A stretch of 64,000 nt of DNA. Source: Octopus sinensis (Eukaryota). Where the stretch lies: the NCBI RefSeq assembly GCF_006345805.1, contig NC_042997.1, positions 111,476,001 to 111,540,000 on the forward strand. Direction: 5' to 3'. The notes beneath the pieces were generated by a model that worked only from the letters and a program-made list of their open reading frames with translations, was not told the origin of the DNA and made no database searches. A program made the position numbers and the translations under genes. Below are positions 24,854-38,575 of this stretch, piece by piece (position 1 is the stretch's first letter; each line of letters begins with the position of its first letter).

Positions 24854-25281
24854 CTGGAAAAGCAAAAAAGAAAGAAAGGTAAGATTTACTGTAGAATATT
24901 TACTCTTTTACTTGTTTCAGTCATTTGACTGTGGCCATGCTGGAGCACTGCCTTTAGTTGAGCAGGACTTATTCTTTGTAAGCCTAGTAACTTATTCTAT
25001 CAGTCTCTTTTGTCGAACAGCTAAGTTACAGGGACATAAACACACCAGCATTGGTTGTCAAGTGATGTTGGGGGGACAAATACAGACACACAAACATACA
25101 CACACACACATACAATGAGGTTCGTTCAGTTTCTGTCTACCAAATCCACTCAAGGCTTTGGTCGGCCCGAGGCTATAGTAGAAGACACTCACCCAAGGTG
25201 CCGTGCAGTGAGACTGAACTTGGAATCATGTGGTTGGTAAGCAAGCTACTTACCACATAGCCAATATTACTATCTCTAAAT

Positions 25282-25800
25282 ATAGGGGTCACCAAACAAC
25301 AGCCCGTGGGCCGGATCCAGCTCATGAGGTCAGTTCATCCGGCCTACTGCTGCACTGTACCTTTTGTGCAAATACCTGCAATGAAAGTTCATTTTCCTCT
25401 AGCATGGTACCAGTGTTTGCAACAACTTATGTCTGTGAGCAAACATTTTCAAAAATGAAGAATGTGAAGTCAGTCAACCTCGTTCGATGTGCTGACGAAC
25501 ATTTGAAAGCAATTCTCTTGGTTCATCATCATCATCAAAACAAATATCTTAAAAGCTAAACACCAGTTTCACAAATCTCACTTTTAGGCTGCGAGATTCA
25601 GACATGTGCACACTGGGTCTGATATAACTAATTTTTGCTAATGTCATCTTCTTTGATAACATTTTGGTAAATAAATATGTTGGTTGTCTTTATTTTTTTT
25701 GTGTATTGACTGTACTGTAATTGAACAAAATGGTTATGTGGCCCACATCCATCATTCTCTGTTAATTGGCCCCCTGTGAAAAAAAGTTTGGTGACCCTTG
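25282..25800 (+). mobile_element. hAT (Charlie/SPIN-type) deletion derivative with dimerisation-domain remnant
   Basis: TIRs TAGGGGTCACCAAAC / GTTTGGTGACCCTTG. 8-bp TSD CTCTAAAT (25274-81 and 25801-08; NTCTARAN type). Peptide TTYVCEQTFSKMKNVKS...DEHLKAIL. Confidence 0.85.
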
Positions 25801-26534
25801 CTCTAAATCATCATCAATTAACTGGCGTAGCTTGTCAGTTAGATAGGATTTGACAAACCAGAGAGCAGCACCAGGTTCCAATTATCTGTTTTGGTATGGT
25901 CGCTATGGCTGGATGCCCTTCTTCATACCATCCACTTTACAGAGTAGATTGGGTGCTTTTTACATGGCACCATCCCCTTTTCATGTTACCCGTTCTCTTG
26001 GCTTAATTTCTACTTGTCTCCTATCCTCAGGCTCCGCCACAAAACCTCAGCACCACCATTTTTATCTCTTTCAGAATGTGAGGTGCCGTGGAGTTCCTCC
26101 AAAACAAGAAACAACCTCTTCAGTTGAAGTTCGTTCTCCCTCACTTGTAACTCTTCGTTGTCTAGCATAAAGCTACCTCCCTCTTTAATGCACAGCCTCT
26201 CTCAGTTTAAAGGGGATCTAAATCTTGCAGGTCACATGACAACGTCAACAGTGTTGGTGCCACACATAAAAAGCACCCAGTACATACGCTGTCAAGTGGC
26301 TGGCATTAAGAAGGGCATCCAGTTGTGGAAACCCTGCCAAATTAGGTGCGGGCATGGCTGTGTGGTAAGAAGCTTGCTTCCCAACCATGGGGTTTTGAGT
26401 TCAGTTTCACTGCATGGCACCTTGGGCAAGTGTCTTCTACTCAGTCCGTGGGGCCAACCAAAGTCTTGTGAGTGAATTTGCTGACAAAGGAAAGTCGTAA
26501 GTAGATGTGGAGGTAACGAGTGTCAAGTACTTAC

Positions 26535-26639
26535 TTGTGCTGGCATGGCAACAGCACCATACTAGCTTGTTTATCACAGCAGAGCGTGCAAGATCCCTCC
26601 AACAGAGTCTTCTTCTGTAAGAGAGCCATCTTTCTGTAT
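26535..26639 (-). CDS. RSPRY1: RSPRY1 coding exon (RING N-half)
   Basis: TTCCAG|ATACAGA...CAGCACAA|GTAAGT. Translates YRKMALLQKKTLLEGSCTLCCDKQASMVLLPCQH(K). 105 nt, phase 2/2. Confidence 0.95.
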
Positions 26640-28013
26640 CTGGAATTGATAGAAATAGCATGAAAATAGGAAAGAGAGAGAGCGGTGGGGAGGTACAGGG
26701 ATGGAAAGGTGATGTGTCAGGGGGCAGAAAATTAGAGGGTTTGTACATAGGTGGCAGTGCATGTGTGTGTACTGATAATCATTTATAATGTCTGTTTTCC
26801 CTGCTGGCATGGGTTGGACAGAGAGTTACACCAGGCTGCATTTGTCTGTTTTGGCAGGGTTTCTACAGATGGATGCCCTTCCTGATGCCAACCACTTTAC
26901 AGAGTGTACCTGGTGCGTTTTATGTGGAAGCAGCATCCATGAGCTCACAAGACAAGGACCTCTTACTATTGAGGAGATAACTTGGCCGTTACCAGTGGTC
27001 ACTGCCATTTGAATGGCTCCCATGCTGGTGGCATGTAAAAAGCACCATTTGAGTGTGGTCATTGCCAGTGGCATGTAAAAAGCACCATTCAAGCATGGTT
27101 AATGCCAGTACCACCTGGCTGGCCATTGTGCTGGTGGCATGTAAAGAGCACCCACTACACTGCTGAGTGGTTGGTGTTAGAAAAGGCATCCAGCTGTAGA
27201 AACCTTGCCAGATCAGACTAGAGTCTGGTGCAGCCTTCTGGCTTGCCAGTCCTCAGTCAAACCTTTCAACCCATGCCAGCATGGAAAGCGGACGTTAAAT
27301 GATGATGCTGATGATCAGTCAAAGTAGGAGAGGAAGATGGGAGAGACTTAGAGAGAGAGATAGTCAGAGTGCACTGGATGCTGTTTTCGTGCCACTAGCA
27401 CCAATGAAGGTACCTTACAGCTTGCAACACTGTGAACCCTAAATGTGAAAAGGGTGGGGTACAGGCTTGGGTAAAGTAAGAGGACCAGCACTGAAAAGGT
27501 TTTTTCTGTAGAGGGGCAACAAGTTAGTAGCATTTTAGAAAGGAAGGTGGGTCGGTGGAGCTGGAAAGTGATATAAAGGGTGACAAAGTGTCCGAGTTGA
27601 CCTTTAAGGTATGAGGCGGGGCAGAGGGGCAAGAGTGTATGTGGGGGAGGGGAAGCAGGGGATGTCTGATAATATGGGAGTAGCAGAATAGGAATGATGG
27701 TGATACAGTAAAGAGGAAGATGAGAGAGAGAGGGGGCGACATGCTGCTGGGTCAGGTTGCATGAGTGGGTGGGGGAAGAGAGAGATGCAAAAGAAGTGTA
27801 TGGTAAGGGTGAGGTATATGGTGGGGGGTGGGATGATCACTGACAGTGTGGTTGGAGAGAATGGTATTAATGAATGACAGAAGGGTAAATAAGTGAAGTG
27901 GTAACGGATGAGGATGGCAAATTGTAAAAAAAAAAAACAAAGACCTAAACGATGATAATGGAGAAAATCCCATTTTATAATTCCAATCTAAACACAAAAA
28001 AAAACTCAATTTA

Positions 28014-28202
<189 letters not shown>

Positions 28203-28995
28203 TTAGGCCTTTTCAAAAATTTCAGTTCCATTTGGTTTTAACATGGTGAATAAATTGGTACCAGTTGTAATTATTGGGGATGGAAATGGTATATAGCTCT
28301 AAAAACTATCGTATATAGGTGTGGCAGTGTGGTAGGAGGTTTGCTTCCCAACCACATGGTCCAGGGTTCAGTCCTGCTGCATGGCACCTTGGGCAAGTGT
28401 TTATTACTGTAGCTTCAGACTCACCAAAACCTTGGGAGTAGATTTGGTAGACGGAAACTGAAAGAAGCCCGTCACACATGTGTGTTTTTGTTTGTTCCCC
28501 ACCACAGCTGGGGCTTTGAAGAATTTTTAGTTGAAGGAATCGACCCCAGGATTAATCTTTGATTACAGTCTGGTACATATTCACTCGGTCTCTTTTGCTG
28601 ATGTAATGGGGATGTAAACAGACCACTGTTCGTTATGAAACTGTGGAGTGAGACACACACGACTGGCTTCTTTTGGTTCCCATCTAGCAGATTCACTCAC
28701 AAGGGTTTTGGTCGGTCTGAGGCTATAATAAGACACTTGCCCTAGGTGCCATGCAGTGGAGCTGAACCTGGAACTATGTGGTTGGGAAGCAAACGTTTTA
28801 CCACACAGCCATATCTGTGCCTAAATACATAACATTTCTGTGACATTGGTCTCTTTAATTTCATCTGACATTTGCTGTTTCTTAATTCTTTTGGCCAATT
28901 GCAAGAAAGAGAGAAAAAGAAACAAGATTCCAATCGTTTTTAATTATGGTTAATTTGTTAAGACTGTCAAATACATTTAGTGTTGAAATACTTAC

Positions 28996-29098
28996 TTAGC
29001 ATGAGTGAAGAGTTCCTTGTTAGGCGGAAGGCTGTTACCATTTAGTAGAAACACTAACTGTTGTTTGTCAACCTCCAACAGAAGACCAAGGACATCTC
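28996..29098 (-). CDS. RSPRY1: RSPRY1 coding exon (SPRY domain)
   Basis: TTTATAG|GAGATGTC...CATGCTAA|GTAAGT. Translates (G)DVLGLLLEVDKQQLVFLLNGNSLPPNKELFTHA(K). 103 nt, phase 1/2, in frame with both neighbours. Confidence 0.93.
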
Positions 29099-30307
29099 CT
29101 ATAAACAAACAAACAAACAAACATAAAAGGCAGAGAAACATCAGGAAAACAAATTACAGGGAATGGATGCAAAACAATCGTTAGGCTGAGCCGGAACGAA
29201 CGTGTGCTTTATTTGATCGACTCCTTAGGAAGGGCAACCAGCTGTAGAAACTGCCAGATCAAGATTGGAGCCTGGTGCAGCCATCTGGTTCGCCAGTCCT
29301 CAGTCAAAATCTTCCAACTCATGCTAGCATGGAAAGCGGACGTTAATCAACGATGATGATGATGATTTATGAAGTTCACTTTTATTAGTTTCAGCTTAAA
29401 AACTGCAGCCATGCTGGAGCACTGCCACTAAGTTTGATACAGTTTCACTGCTTGAAACCACCTCTGATATGTGGCATTTGGTGAACGAAGGTGTTTCATG
29501 TTGCTGCCCTCATCTCCATTTCCTTTCGACAGGAGGAGATCCAGTTCTGTTTTGAAGACACTTACATCCACTCCATGCAGGGCTTTGAGGATGAATATTG
29601 AAGAGCTGTGGGCTCTTGAAAACCTGTTACAGTATCTGGTCCCTCTATCCTGATGGCAATGTTGGGGTCATTTGCACTGTCCCTGCTCTTAACATTCATG
29701 CTGGCTGGGAGTTGGATGGAATTTGTGTGAGGCAGATTTTCTATAATTGGATGCTCTTCCGGTTGCCAATCCCCACTTGTTTGCAGGCTGGGGCATATTT
29801 CCCCTATTCATGTTTTCAAAGGTATTTGGAAATGAATGACACTGCCTGTACATGATGGTGACAATCCTTTACAACTAAACTATTAAGATGTCAAGACAAG
29901 AAACGCACACACACTCAGATTCTTTTATTTGTTTCAGTCATTTGACTGCGGCCATGCTGGAGCACCACCTTTAGCAAATCGACCCCAGGACTTATTCTTT
30001 GTAAGCCTGGTACTTATTCTATTGATCTCTTTTGGCGAACCACTAAGTTATGGGGATGTAAACACACCAGCATCGGTTGTCAAGTGATGTTGGGGGGACA
30101 AACACAGACACACACATATATATCATCATCATCATCATTGTTTAACGTCTGCTTTCCATGCTAGCATGGGTTGGACAATTTGATTGAGGTCTGGCGAACC
30201 AGATGGCTGCACCAGGCTCCAATCTGATCTGGCAGAGTTTCTACAGCTGGATGCCCTTCCTAACGCCAACCACTCTCTCTCTCTCTCTATATATATATAT
30301 ATCTATC

Positions 30308-30343
<36 letters not shown>

Positions 30344-31282
30344 ATGGGCTTCTTTCAGTTTCCGCCTACCAAATCCACTTATAAGGCTTTGGTTGGCCCG
30401 AGGCTATAGTAGAAGACACTTGGCCAAGGTGCCACGCAGTGGGACTGAACCTGAAACCATGTGGTTAGTAAGCAAGCTTCTTACCACACAGCCACTCCTG
30501 TTCTTATATCAGATGCAAGCCTGTTTCTTTTCTTGTCAAGTTACATATACAAACAGTTTAATGTTAAACAGAAGCTGCATCTGTTTGTGATGGAATAATA
30601 ACAGGTTTCAAATTTTGGCACAAGGCCAGCATTTTTTGGGGGGTTGGGGTTGGGGCGCTGGCGTTAGTTGACTACATTGCCCTCGGTGTTCAGCTGATAC
30701 TTAATCTATCAACCCCCACCGAAAGGATGAAAGGCAAAGTTGCTCTAGGTGGAATTTGAACTCTCAGACAGACGAAATGCTGCTAAGCATCTTGTCTGGA
30801 ATGCTAATGATTCTGCCAGCCTTGTAGAATTATGAATGAAGCAGCAGCAAGTTTAAGAATGGAAACAAAAAAAAAAAAAACATACGTTAGATCTTTTTCT
30901 ACATTAGTAAGAATGACAGCTTGTTGGCAGGGTGGAGTGGGAGGTGGGCAAAATGGATGGCTGAGTGCCAAGTGGGTGTTTTTTATTTTCTTTTCCTTTT
31001 CACTCCTCCCCCTCCCCACGTTCGTAAGAGAGCGAAGATAAGTATGCTATTTGAATGATGGAGATGTTGATGATGCTGTTTTGTTTTCCATCATCATCAA
31101 TGTTCCAATGACCATTTACCCCCCCCCCTGCTGGCATTAAATGGGGGAAACATCTACAATGCCACACAATCCATTTCCATCTGTAAAAACCACCATGCTG
31201 AGATCTAACCTCACCATTTCTTAAGGTTTAGCTGATAATTATTTTCAACTGACAGCTGGAAGTAACACTAACGGCTGTTAAT

Positions 31283-31336
<54 letters not shown>

Positions 31337-31720
31337 CACACACATAAATACACACACACACACACACAGATTGGAGCAACTCCTATTTGGGAAAGTGATC
31401 CTGATGTAATGTAGAAGGGAAGTACAGGAATAACATGTTGAGTAAGTTTTCTAAAATAGAAACATCTTTGAAGTTTGGAGAGAGAGAGTGGAGGAGGTGG
31501 TGCTCGTTAGTGGCCTACTTCATTGGGGAGAGAGTGTGTGTTTTTGGTTTCTTGGTGTCCTGCTCCATTGGTGAGCAACTGAGAGCGAGATGGGCCGAGT
31601 TGATTTTTGAGGGAAATTGCGAGAGAGAGAGTAATTGGGCGAGAGAGAGATATAGAAATCATTAAGGCTTAAATAACGATAATGGTCTTCCAACTATTTT
31701 ATTAAGAGGGAAGACTGAAT

Positions 31721-31955
31721 GAAGGCAGCAAGTTGGCAGAAACGTTAGCATGCTGGGTGAAATTCTTGGTGGTATTTTGTAAGCCGGTATGTTCTGAGTT
31801 CAAATTCCGCCGAGGTCGACTTTGCTTTTCATCCTTTCGGGGTCGATAAATTAAGTACCAGTTACGCACTGGGGTCGATATAATTGACTTAATCCGTTTG
31901 TCTGTCCTTGTTTGTCCCCTCTGTGTTTAGCCCCTTGTGGGCAATAAAGAAATAA
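31721..31955 (+). mobile_element. SINE family B (representative; >15 copies)
   Basis: GGCAGCAAGTTGGCAGAA..GAGTTCAAATTCCGCCGAGGTCGACTTTGCTTTTCATCCTTTCGGGGTCGATAAATTAAGTACC. Recurs at ~4495, 6050, 15570-16190(-), 23300-24210(-), 33935(-), 40160 and 42452. Confidence 0.85.
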
Positions 31956-34900
31956 GAGGGACGGGGGGTGGGTGGAGTGTAAAAGGATCAGGAAAGGAGG
32001 TCATGTTGGCTAAAAACATTGGTTCAACTGATATTTATTTATTTAGCACAGTCATTAGACTGTGGCCATGCTGGGGTACTGCTTAGAAAGTTTTTTAGTG
32101 GAACAAATTGACGCCAGTGCTTTTTTTCTTAAAGCCTGGTACTTATTCTATCAGTCTCTTTTGCCAAACCACTATATTACAGGGATGTAAACACACCAAC
32201 ACTGGTTGCCAAGCCGTGGTGGGGAACACACACATGATGGGTTTCTTTCAGTTTCCATCTACCAAATCCACTCTCAAGGCTTTGGTCAACCCAAGGCCGA
32301 AGACACAAGCAAAAGGTCACACACAGTGGGACTGAACCTGGAACCTTAACCACACAGGCATGCCCACCATCATATTATGCCCTCCTGTCCACGAATGGCA
32401 CAAGTTGGCTGCAGTTCAGCTGAACCCTTTCAATGCCAATCCAGCCTGAGACTGCTTTGGATTCCCCACGACACAAACTTTCCGTTTTGAAAGTGATCTG
32501 AATTATAAGCTTTCACTAAAATTTCATGTAAATTTAATCCCCAGACACCAGCTCATCATCATCATCATCATTGTTGTTGTTTAATGTCCATGCTCCATGC
32601 TGGCATGGGTTAGAGAATTCAACAGGATTCTGACGAGTTGGGAGACTGTATCATGCCCCAATGCCTGATTTGGCCTGGTTTCTATGGCTGGGATGCCCTT
32701 CCTAACAGCCCCCGCCCTCCATAGTGCACACTGGGTCAGTACACTTTGTCAGTTATGGTATCAACATTAGTCATGTCCCCAAGTAACTCAAGTGAGTTAG
32801 GGTGTAATATTGAGAGGGGATGGCTTTATTCCAGGTATGGAGAAGCTAAAGTATGAGCGACACCAAAAAGTGGTGACTTACTCTAGAGAAGATACATGGC
32901 TTTCGCAAATAGAAAGAGAGAAAAAGATGGTGTAAAGGTGTTCCCCCTTAAGGTACAAGAAGGTGAATAGAAGAGAGAAGTGGAACAGAGGGTGGGTAGG
33001 GGTGAATAATGATAGAATAGTTTTATTAAATCCTTTATTTTCAAAAATGTAACAGGATTTAGCTTAGTGATCTCCAAACTCAGTTACCTGCAGGAACCCT
33101 TGCCTAATAGTGGTTTCAGTTGAAAGAAATACTGGATGGGGAATCTTGAAGGAAAGCAAGGAGATGGTGTAGAGTAGTGGTTCCCAAAGTGGGTGGAACT
33201 GCCTCACTAGAGGTGACCAGGGGAGCGGGGACACTGAAGATAATTGGGGGTGGCTATAAGCAACAAAATAACAGGTTAAGTTTTGATTGTGAAATATGGT
33301 TGTTTTGAATTTGCTTCCGAAAATGTTCTAGGTTCGTGGTGGTGAGTGGGGCATGGGGTACTAGGAATGTGGCCTGGGTACTAAGTGGGTGGCAGCCTGA
33401 AAATGTTTAGGAACCACAGGTGTAGAGGGTTAAAGATCAAAACAAATAGAAACTTAAAGTGATTGTATGTTATTTAACTTAATGTGGCAGTCCCATGAAA
33501 GGGAAGAACACTACTGTTATTTAGCCCTAGGAAACACAATTTCCTGTTGGACATTTCTTGTGTCCTTATGTTTTCAAAGTGGAGACAAGCCCCTCCACCC
33601 AACAAAACCTAGGGTTAAATAACAGTAGCATTCTTCCCTTTCATGGGACTGTCACATTAAATTGACAACATACTATCACTTTATCATGCTGCTACTGTAT
33701 AAATCTCTCTGAGAGATTTCGAAATGTATTATTTCTATTTTCTAATAGAAACTTCTCTCTCTTTCTTGGTCAACACCAAGAAACGTTTAGCTTCTCTCAA
33801 AGAGATTTATAACCAATTTCTCTGATCTTAGAGAAGTTCTCTGTGGATATGAACTCTTTGATAATAATTAGGATCATTTTAGGAAATTCAAAAAGGTGCA
33901 TTACATGAAAATACTAACAGTAACAATATTTATGGCTTCAAATTTTGGCACAAAGCCAGCAATTTTAAGGGGAGGAGGTAAGTCACTTACACTGATTCCA
34001 GTATATTCCAGGTACTTTATTTCATCAACCCCCAAAAGGATGAAAGGCAAAGTTGACCTCAGCAGAATTTGAACTCAGAACACAGCTTAACAAGCCTTTA
34101 CTCTTTTACATAAAAGTTGGACGAAATGCCACTAAGCGTTTTGCCTGGCATGTTAATGATTCTGCCAGCTCGTAGCCTAAATAACAACAACAACAACTTT
34201 ATCAAAGATACAATGTCTCATAAAATAAATATAATCAGGAGATGATTGTTCCAACCGAGTTCAAAGACCAACTTCAAGGAAACGGTTCTCATAACTTTGA
34301 AAAACCGAGATTTTAATTTATTCCACAGATAAGCACTGCTTCGTTACTTTGCCCCCCTCTAACTTACACCCCACTGACAAAAAACAAAAAACGAAAAAGA
34401 AACCAAAAAATGCTTAAAGAAAAACTAAACAGATACTATAATTTGAGAATGTAATTTGTAGCTGAACAGCCAAGTAGCTATGTGGGGGTCAAGATAAATA
34501 TTCATGAGGTCGTGTCAAATTAAGTAATTACAACAGAAGTAATGAACTTAATTACAGGTCTTAAAAAGATGTAATTCAATGAAAGGCAAACAAAAATCAA
34601 GTCAGGGAATTATATATCAGAGAAATATAACATATCAATTGATGATAAAGATATATGGATGTGTGTGTGTGTGTGTGTGTGGCAAAAAGTTTGCTTCCTG
34701 AATGGCTTTGGGTTCAATTCCAGTGTGTGACACCTTGGGCAAGTATCTTCTTCTAAAGCATTGGGCTGACCAAAGCCTTGTGAGCAGATTTCATAGATGG
34801 AAACTGAAAGGAACCCTTAGCTGGTGCCACATAAAATGCACTTGAGTTAGCACAATGTGAAAAGCACCCAGTACACTCTGAAGTGATTGGCATGTGGAAG

Positions 34901-36496
34901 GGCATCCAGCTGTAGAAACCATGCCAAAACAGGCAATTGGAGCCTAGTGCAGCTCTCCAGCCTTGCCAGTTCCTATCAAGCCATCCAACCCATGCCAACA
35001 TGGAAAACTGATGATTTCTATAAATCAGCTGTTCAGATCCAGGGTAGTTTTGACTGAAGAGACAAAATAAGTTTGAAACACCAGAGTCTCAAAGTTACCT
35101 TAGGTCAGTGAATCCTGTGTGCCATGAACACTCATCGTTCAAAGTGAGGTGGTGTTCTCCAGTGATGAAATACAATAGCAATCAGTATCATTTTATTCAA
35201 ATCTACTAGAACATATTGAGAATGAATAGATATGCAGTCATTTGGATTCCTGATGCTCTGCAGGCACCCATGGATTATTATCTGGTTGGCAGACATCAGC
35301 ATACCTCAACAAATCATATGCTTGCTGATTTCTATAAATAGGAACTAGTAATCTAGTTAAATTCATTGATCTGGGGTAACTTTGACTGAAGAGACAGAAC
35401 AAAGTCAAAACAGCATGGTGTCTCAAAGCTCCCTTACATCAATGAATCACGTGTCTTATAAAAACACGTCATGTAAAGGGACGAAGTGTCCTCTAATGAT
35501 GAAATACAACAGCAGTCAACATATTCACATTCAAATCTGCCAGAATGTATCGAGAATGAATAGATATGTTCTTGTGTGAAAGAAAACAAAAAATACGATA
35601 ATATTTTTTTCTTTTTTGCATTGAAATATCTTCAAGTATCATTGTGTGGTTTTTAAGTGGTTCTCTTCACACTGATGTAATAATTCAAAGGTTAAGAGGG
35701 AGAATATATTAGTTTTTTTATTTTAACAAGTCTTGTGATGGCTTAGTTTTTTGACATACTGAGAAGCAAATCATTTAATGCACACACGCACAAGAGTGAG
35801 AGAGAGAGAGGGAATAAGAAAAAGAAATAAATAGGCATAGGTATGGCTGTATAGTAAGAAGCTTGCTTCCCAACTACATGGTTCTGGGTTCAGTTCCAAT
35901 GTGTGGCAGCTTTGACAAGTGCCTACTTCTATGGCCTTGGGATAAACAAAGCTTGTAAGTGGATTTGGTAGACGGAAACTGAAAGAAGCCCATCACATAT
36001 GCACATGTCCCATCACTGCTTGAGAAGCAGTGTTGGTGTGTTTACAGCCCCAAACTTTAGCAGTTCAGCAAAGGAGACCAATAGAACAATTACCAGGCTT
36101 GAAAAAAAAAAAGTCTTGGGGTCAATTCATTCGACTAAAGTGCCCCAGCATGGCCACTGCCTAATGACTGGAACAAGATAAGAACATTAAAGAAAAAAGA
36201 AAATGGGATCTTTGAAAGGTGAAGTTGCTGTAGATGTTTAAAAGCCAGCAGATATCATATATCAAAGCCACCGAGTTGCAACTGATATTAATTTCTCTTT
36301 GCATGCTCCAACAAGTAATTAGCGTAATGCTAACACTCAGTCGAGTGTTCACAGGTTTTATACAGACACGAGATTAGCTGAGAAGAGGGAACCAGTTGTT
36401 GTTGAAAAGTGACGGGGATTAAAGTAGGAGGAGTTTAATACGGAGTTACTTATGATAGAGCTTAGAGCTCGAGAGGAAGCGATCTAGTAAGGATTG

Positions 36497-36509
36497 GTTA
36501 CCAAGTAAC
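36497..36509 (+). promoter_or_regulatory. Candidate RFX X-box near putative non-coding first exon of the nested gene
   Basis: GTTACC-A-AGTAAC fits GTNRCC-N(0-3)-RGYAAC. It lies in a repeat-free island 100 nt upstream of a consensus donor AAG|GTAAGT (GT at 36610). Confidence 0.4.
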
Positions 36510-38575
36510 TACTAAAACAAAGTGTCAACTAAGATTTTGGTATACAAAGCTTACTTTGACAGTAACTGCTTCCTCTTGCATTGGGTGGTTGTGAAGAATT
36601 AAATCGAAGGTAAGTGAATTTACCATTTTATCAAAAGTTAGCGCCAAAAAATGAAGATAAATTACTAAAGAGAAACTCAAAAGAGAAACTCAGAAGTGAA
36701 AAAAAAAAAAAAAAAAAACCCATCAAATTAAAAAAAAATTTTAATTTTGTAATTAATTGAATCATTTTGTTTCCATTTTACCTTTTACTTGCTCTTTGGT
36801 CATTGGACTGTGGCCATACTGGGGCACCACCTTGAAGAGTTTTAGTGAAACAAATCAACCCCTACACTTTTTTTAAAGTGTGGTACTTATTCCATTGGTC
36901 TCTACTGTTGAACTACTAAGTTATGGAGATGTAAACAAACCAACACTGGTTGTTATGAGGTGGTGATGGTGGGGCAAACACAAAGACACACACACACACC
37001 TGGCAGGATTCTGTAGTTTCTGTCTGCCAAATTCACTCACAGAGCATTGGTCAGCCCAAGACTACAGTGGAAGACACTCAACCAAAGTGTCATGCGGTGA
37101 GACTGAACCCAGAACCCTGGTTACAAAGTGAACGTTTTCAACCATGCAGCCATGCTGGGGCACCAACAGCAAGAATTTTAGGTGAACAAATCAACCCCAG
37201 CAATTAGTTTTTAAATCCTGGTACTTAATCTATCAATCTCTTTTACTGAACTGCTTAGTTACAGGGATGTAAACACAATAACACTGGTTGTCAAGCTGTG
37301 GTGGGAACAAACACAAACACATATATAGGATGGGATTCTTTCAGTTTCCATTTATGAAATCCACTCAGAAGGCTTTGATTGGTTCAAAGCTATTGTAGAA
37401 GACACTTGCTCAAGGTGCCATGCAGTTGGACTGAACCTGGAACCATGTTGTTAACTCCTATTCATGATGTAGTCCAAAATAAATGGACAAAGAGGTCAAT
37501 ATCAAATGGCTTTATTAACAAAGGAAAGAAAAGAAAAGGTGGTGGTGTTATTTCTGTGTAGAATGGTTGATTCACCGGTTATATTTAAAGTCCTTTTAAA
37601 CAAGATTCAGAGACTCATCATTGTCGTTTAACATCCTCTTTCCATGCTGGTATGGGTTGGACGATTTCAGTGAGGGCTGGTGAGCCAGGAGGCTGCACCA
37701 GGCTCCAATATTGATCTGGCAATGTTTCTATAGCTGGATGCCTTTCCTAATGCCAGTCACTCTGTGAGTGTAGTGGGTGCTTTTTATGTGCCACCGGCAC
37801 GAGAGCCAGGCAGGCAGTATTGGCATCGGCCACGGCTTCATTTGCCTCAACAGGTCTTTGCAAGCACAGTTTATTGCCCAATGATTGAAGGGTGCTCTTA
37901 GATGGGCTGGTTATGCTACACTGGCATAGACCACAGTTACAGTCTCACCTGGCTTGCCAGGTCTTCTCAAGCACAGCATATCTCCAATGGAAGTAAAAAT
38001 TGTTTAAATCAATGCAGACAATTTGTGAGAAAACCAATGTTTCAGAAAATTTGCATGGTTTCAGATGAAAAAAAAACAACCTGTGAATAGTGTTAATATA
38101 GGTGCAGGCATGACTGTGATAAACTTGCTTCTCAACCACTGTGTGGCATCTTGCGCAAGTGTCTTCTAATATAGCCTTGGGCTGACCAAAGCCCTGTGAA
38201 TGAAATTGGTAGATGGAAACTGAAAGAAGGGCATCATGATGTGTGTTTGTGTCTCACCACTGCTTGACAAGTGGTGGTGGTGTGTTTATGTCCCCATAAA
38301 TATTGGTCTCTTTTGAGACCAATTGAATAAGTACCAAGCTTAAAAAAATAAAATGTACTGATGTTGATTTATTTGATTAAAATTCTTCAAGATGGTGCTC
38401 CAGTATGGCCACAGTCTGAAGCAAGATCACAAGAATAAACTTGGACAAACAATAAAAAACCTTGTGATGGATGAGAAACATCATTGTTAGGTTAAGCAAA
38501 CACTGATGCTTTATGCTATCCCTCCCCCTTTATGAAGTTGAGAAACTTCATTTTAATAATTTCACAAACTTTTAA

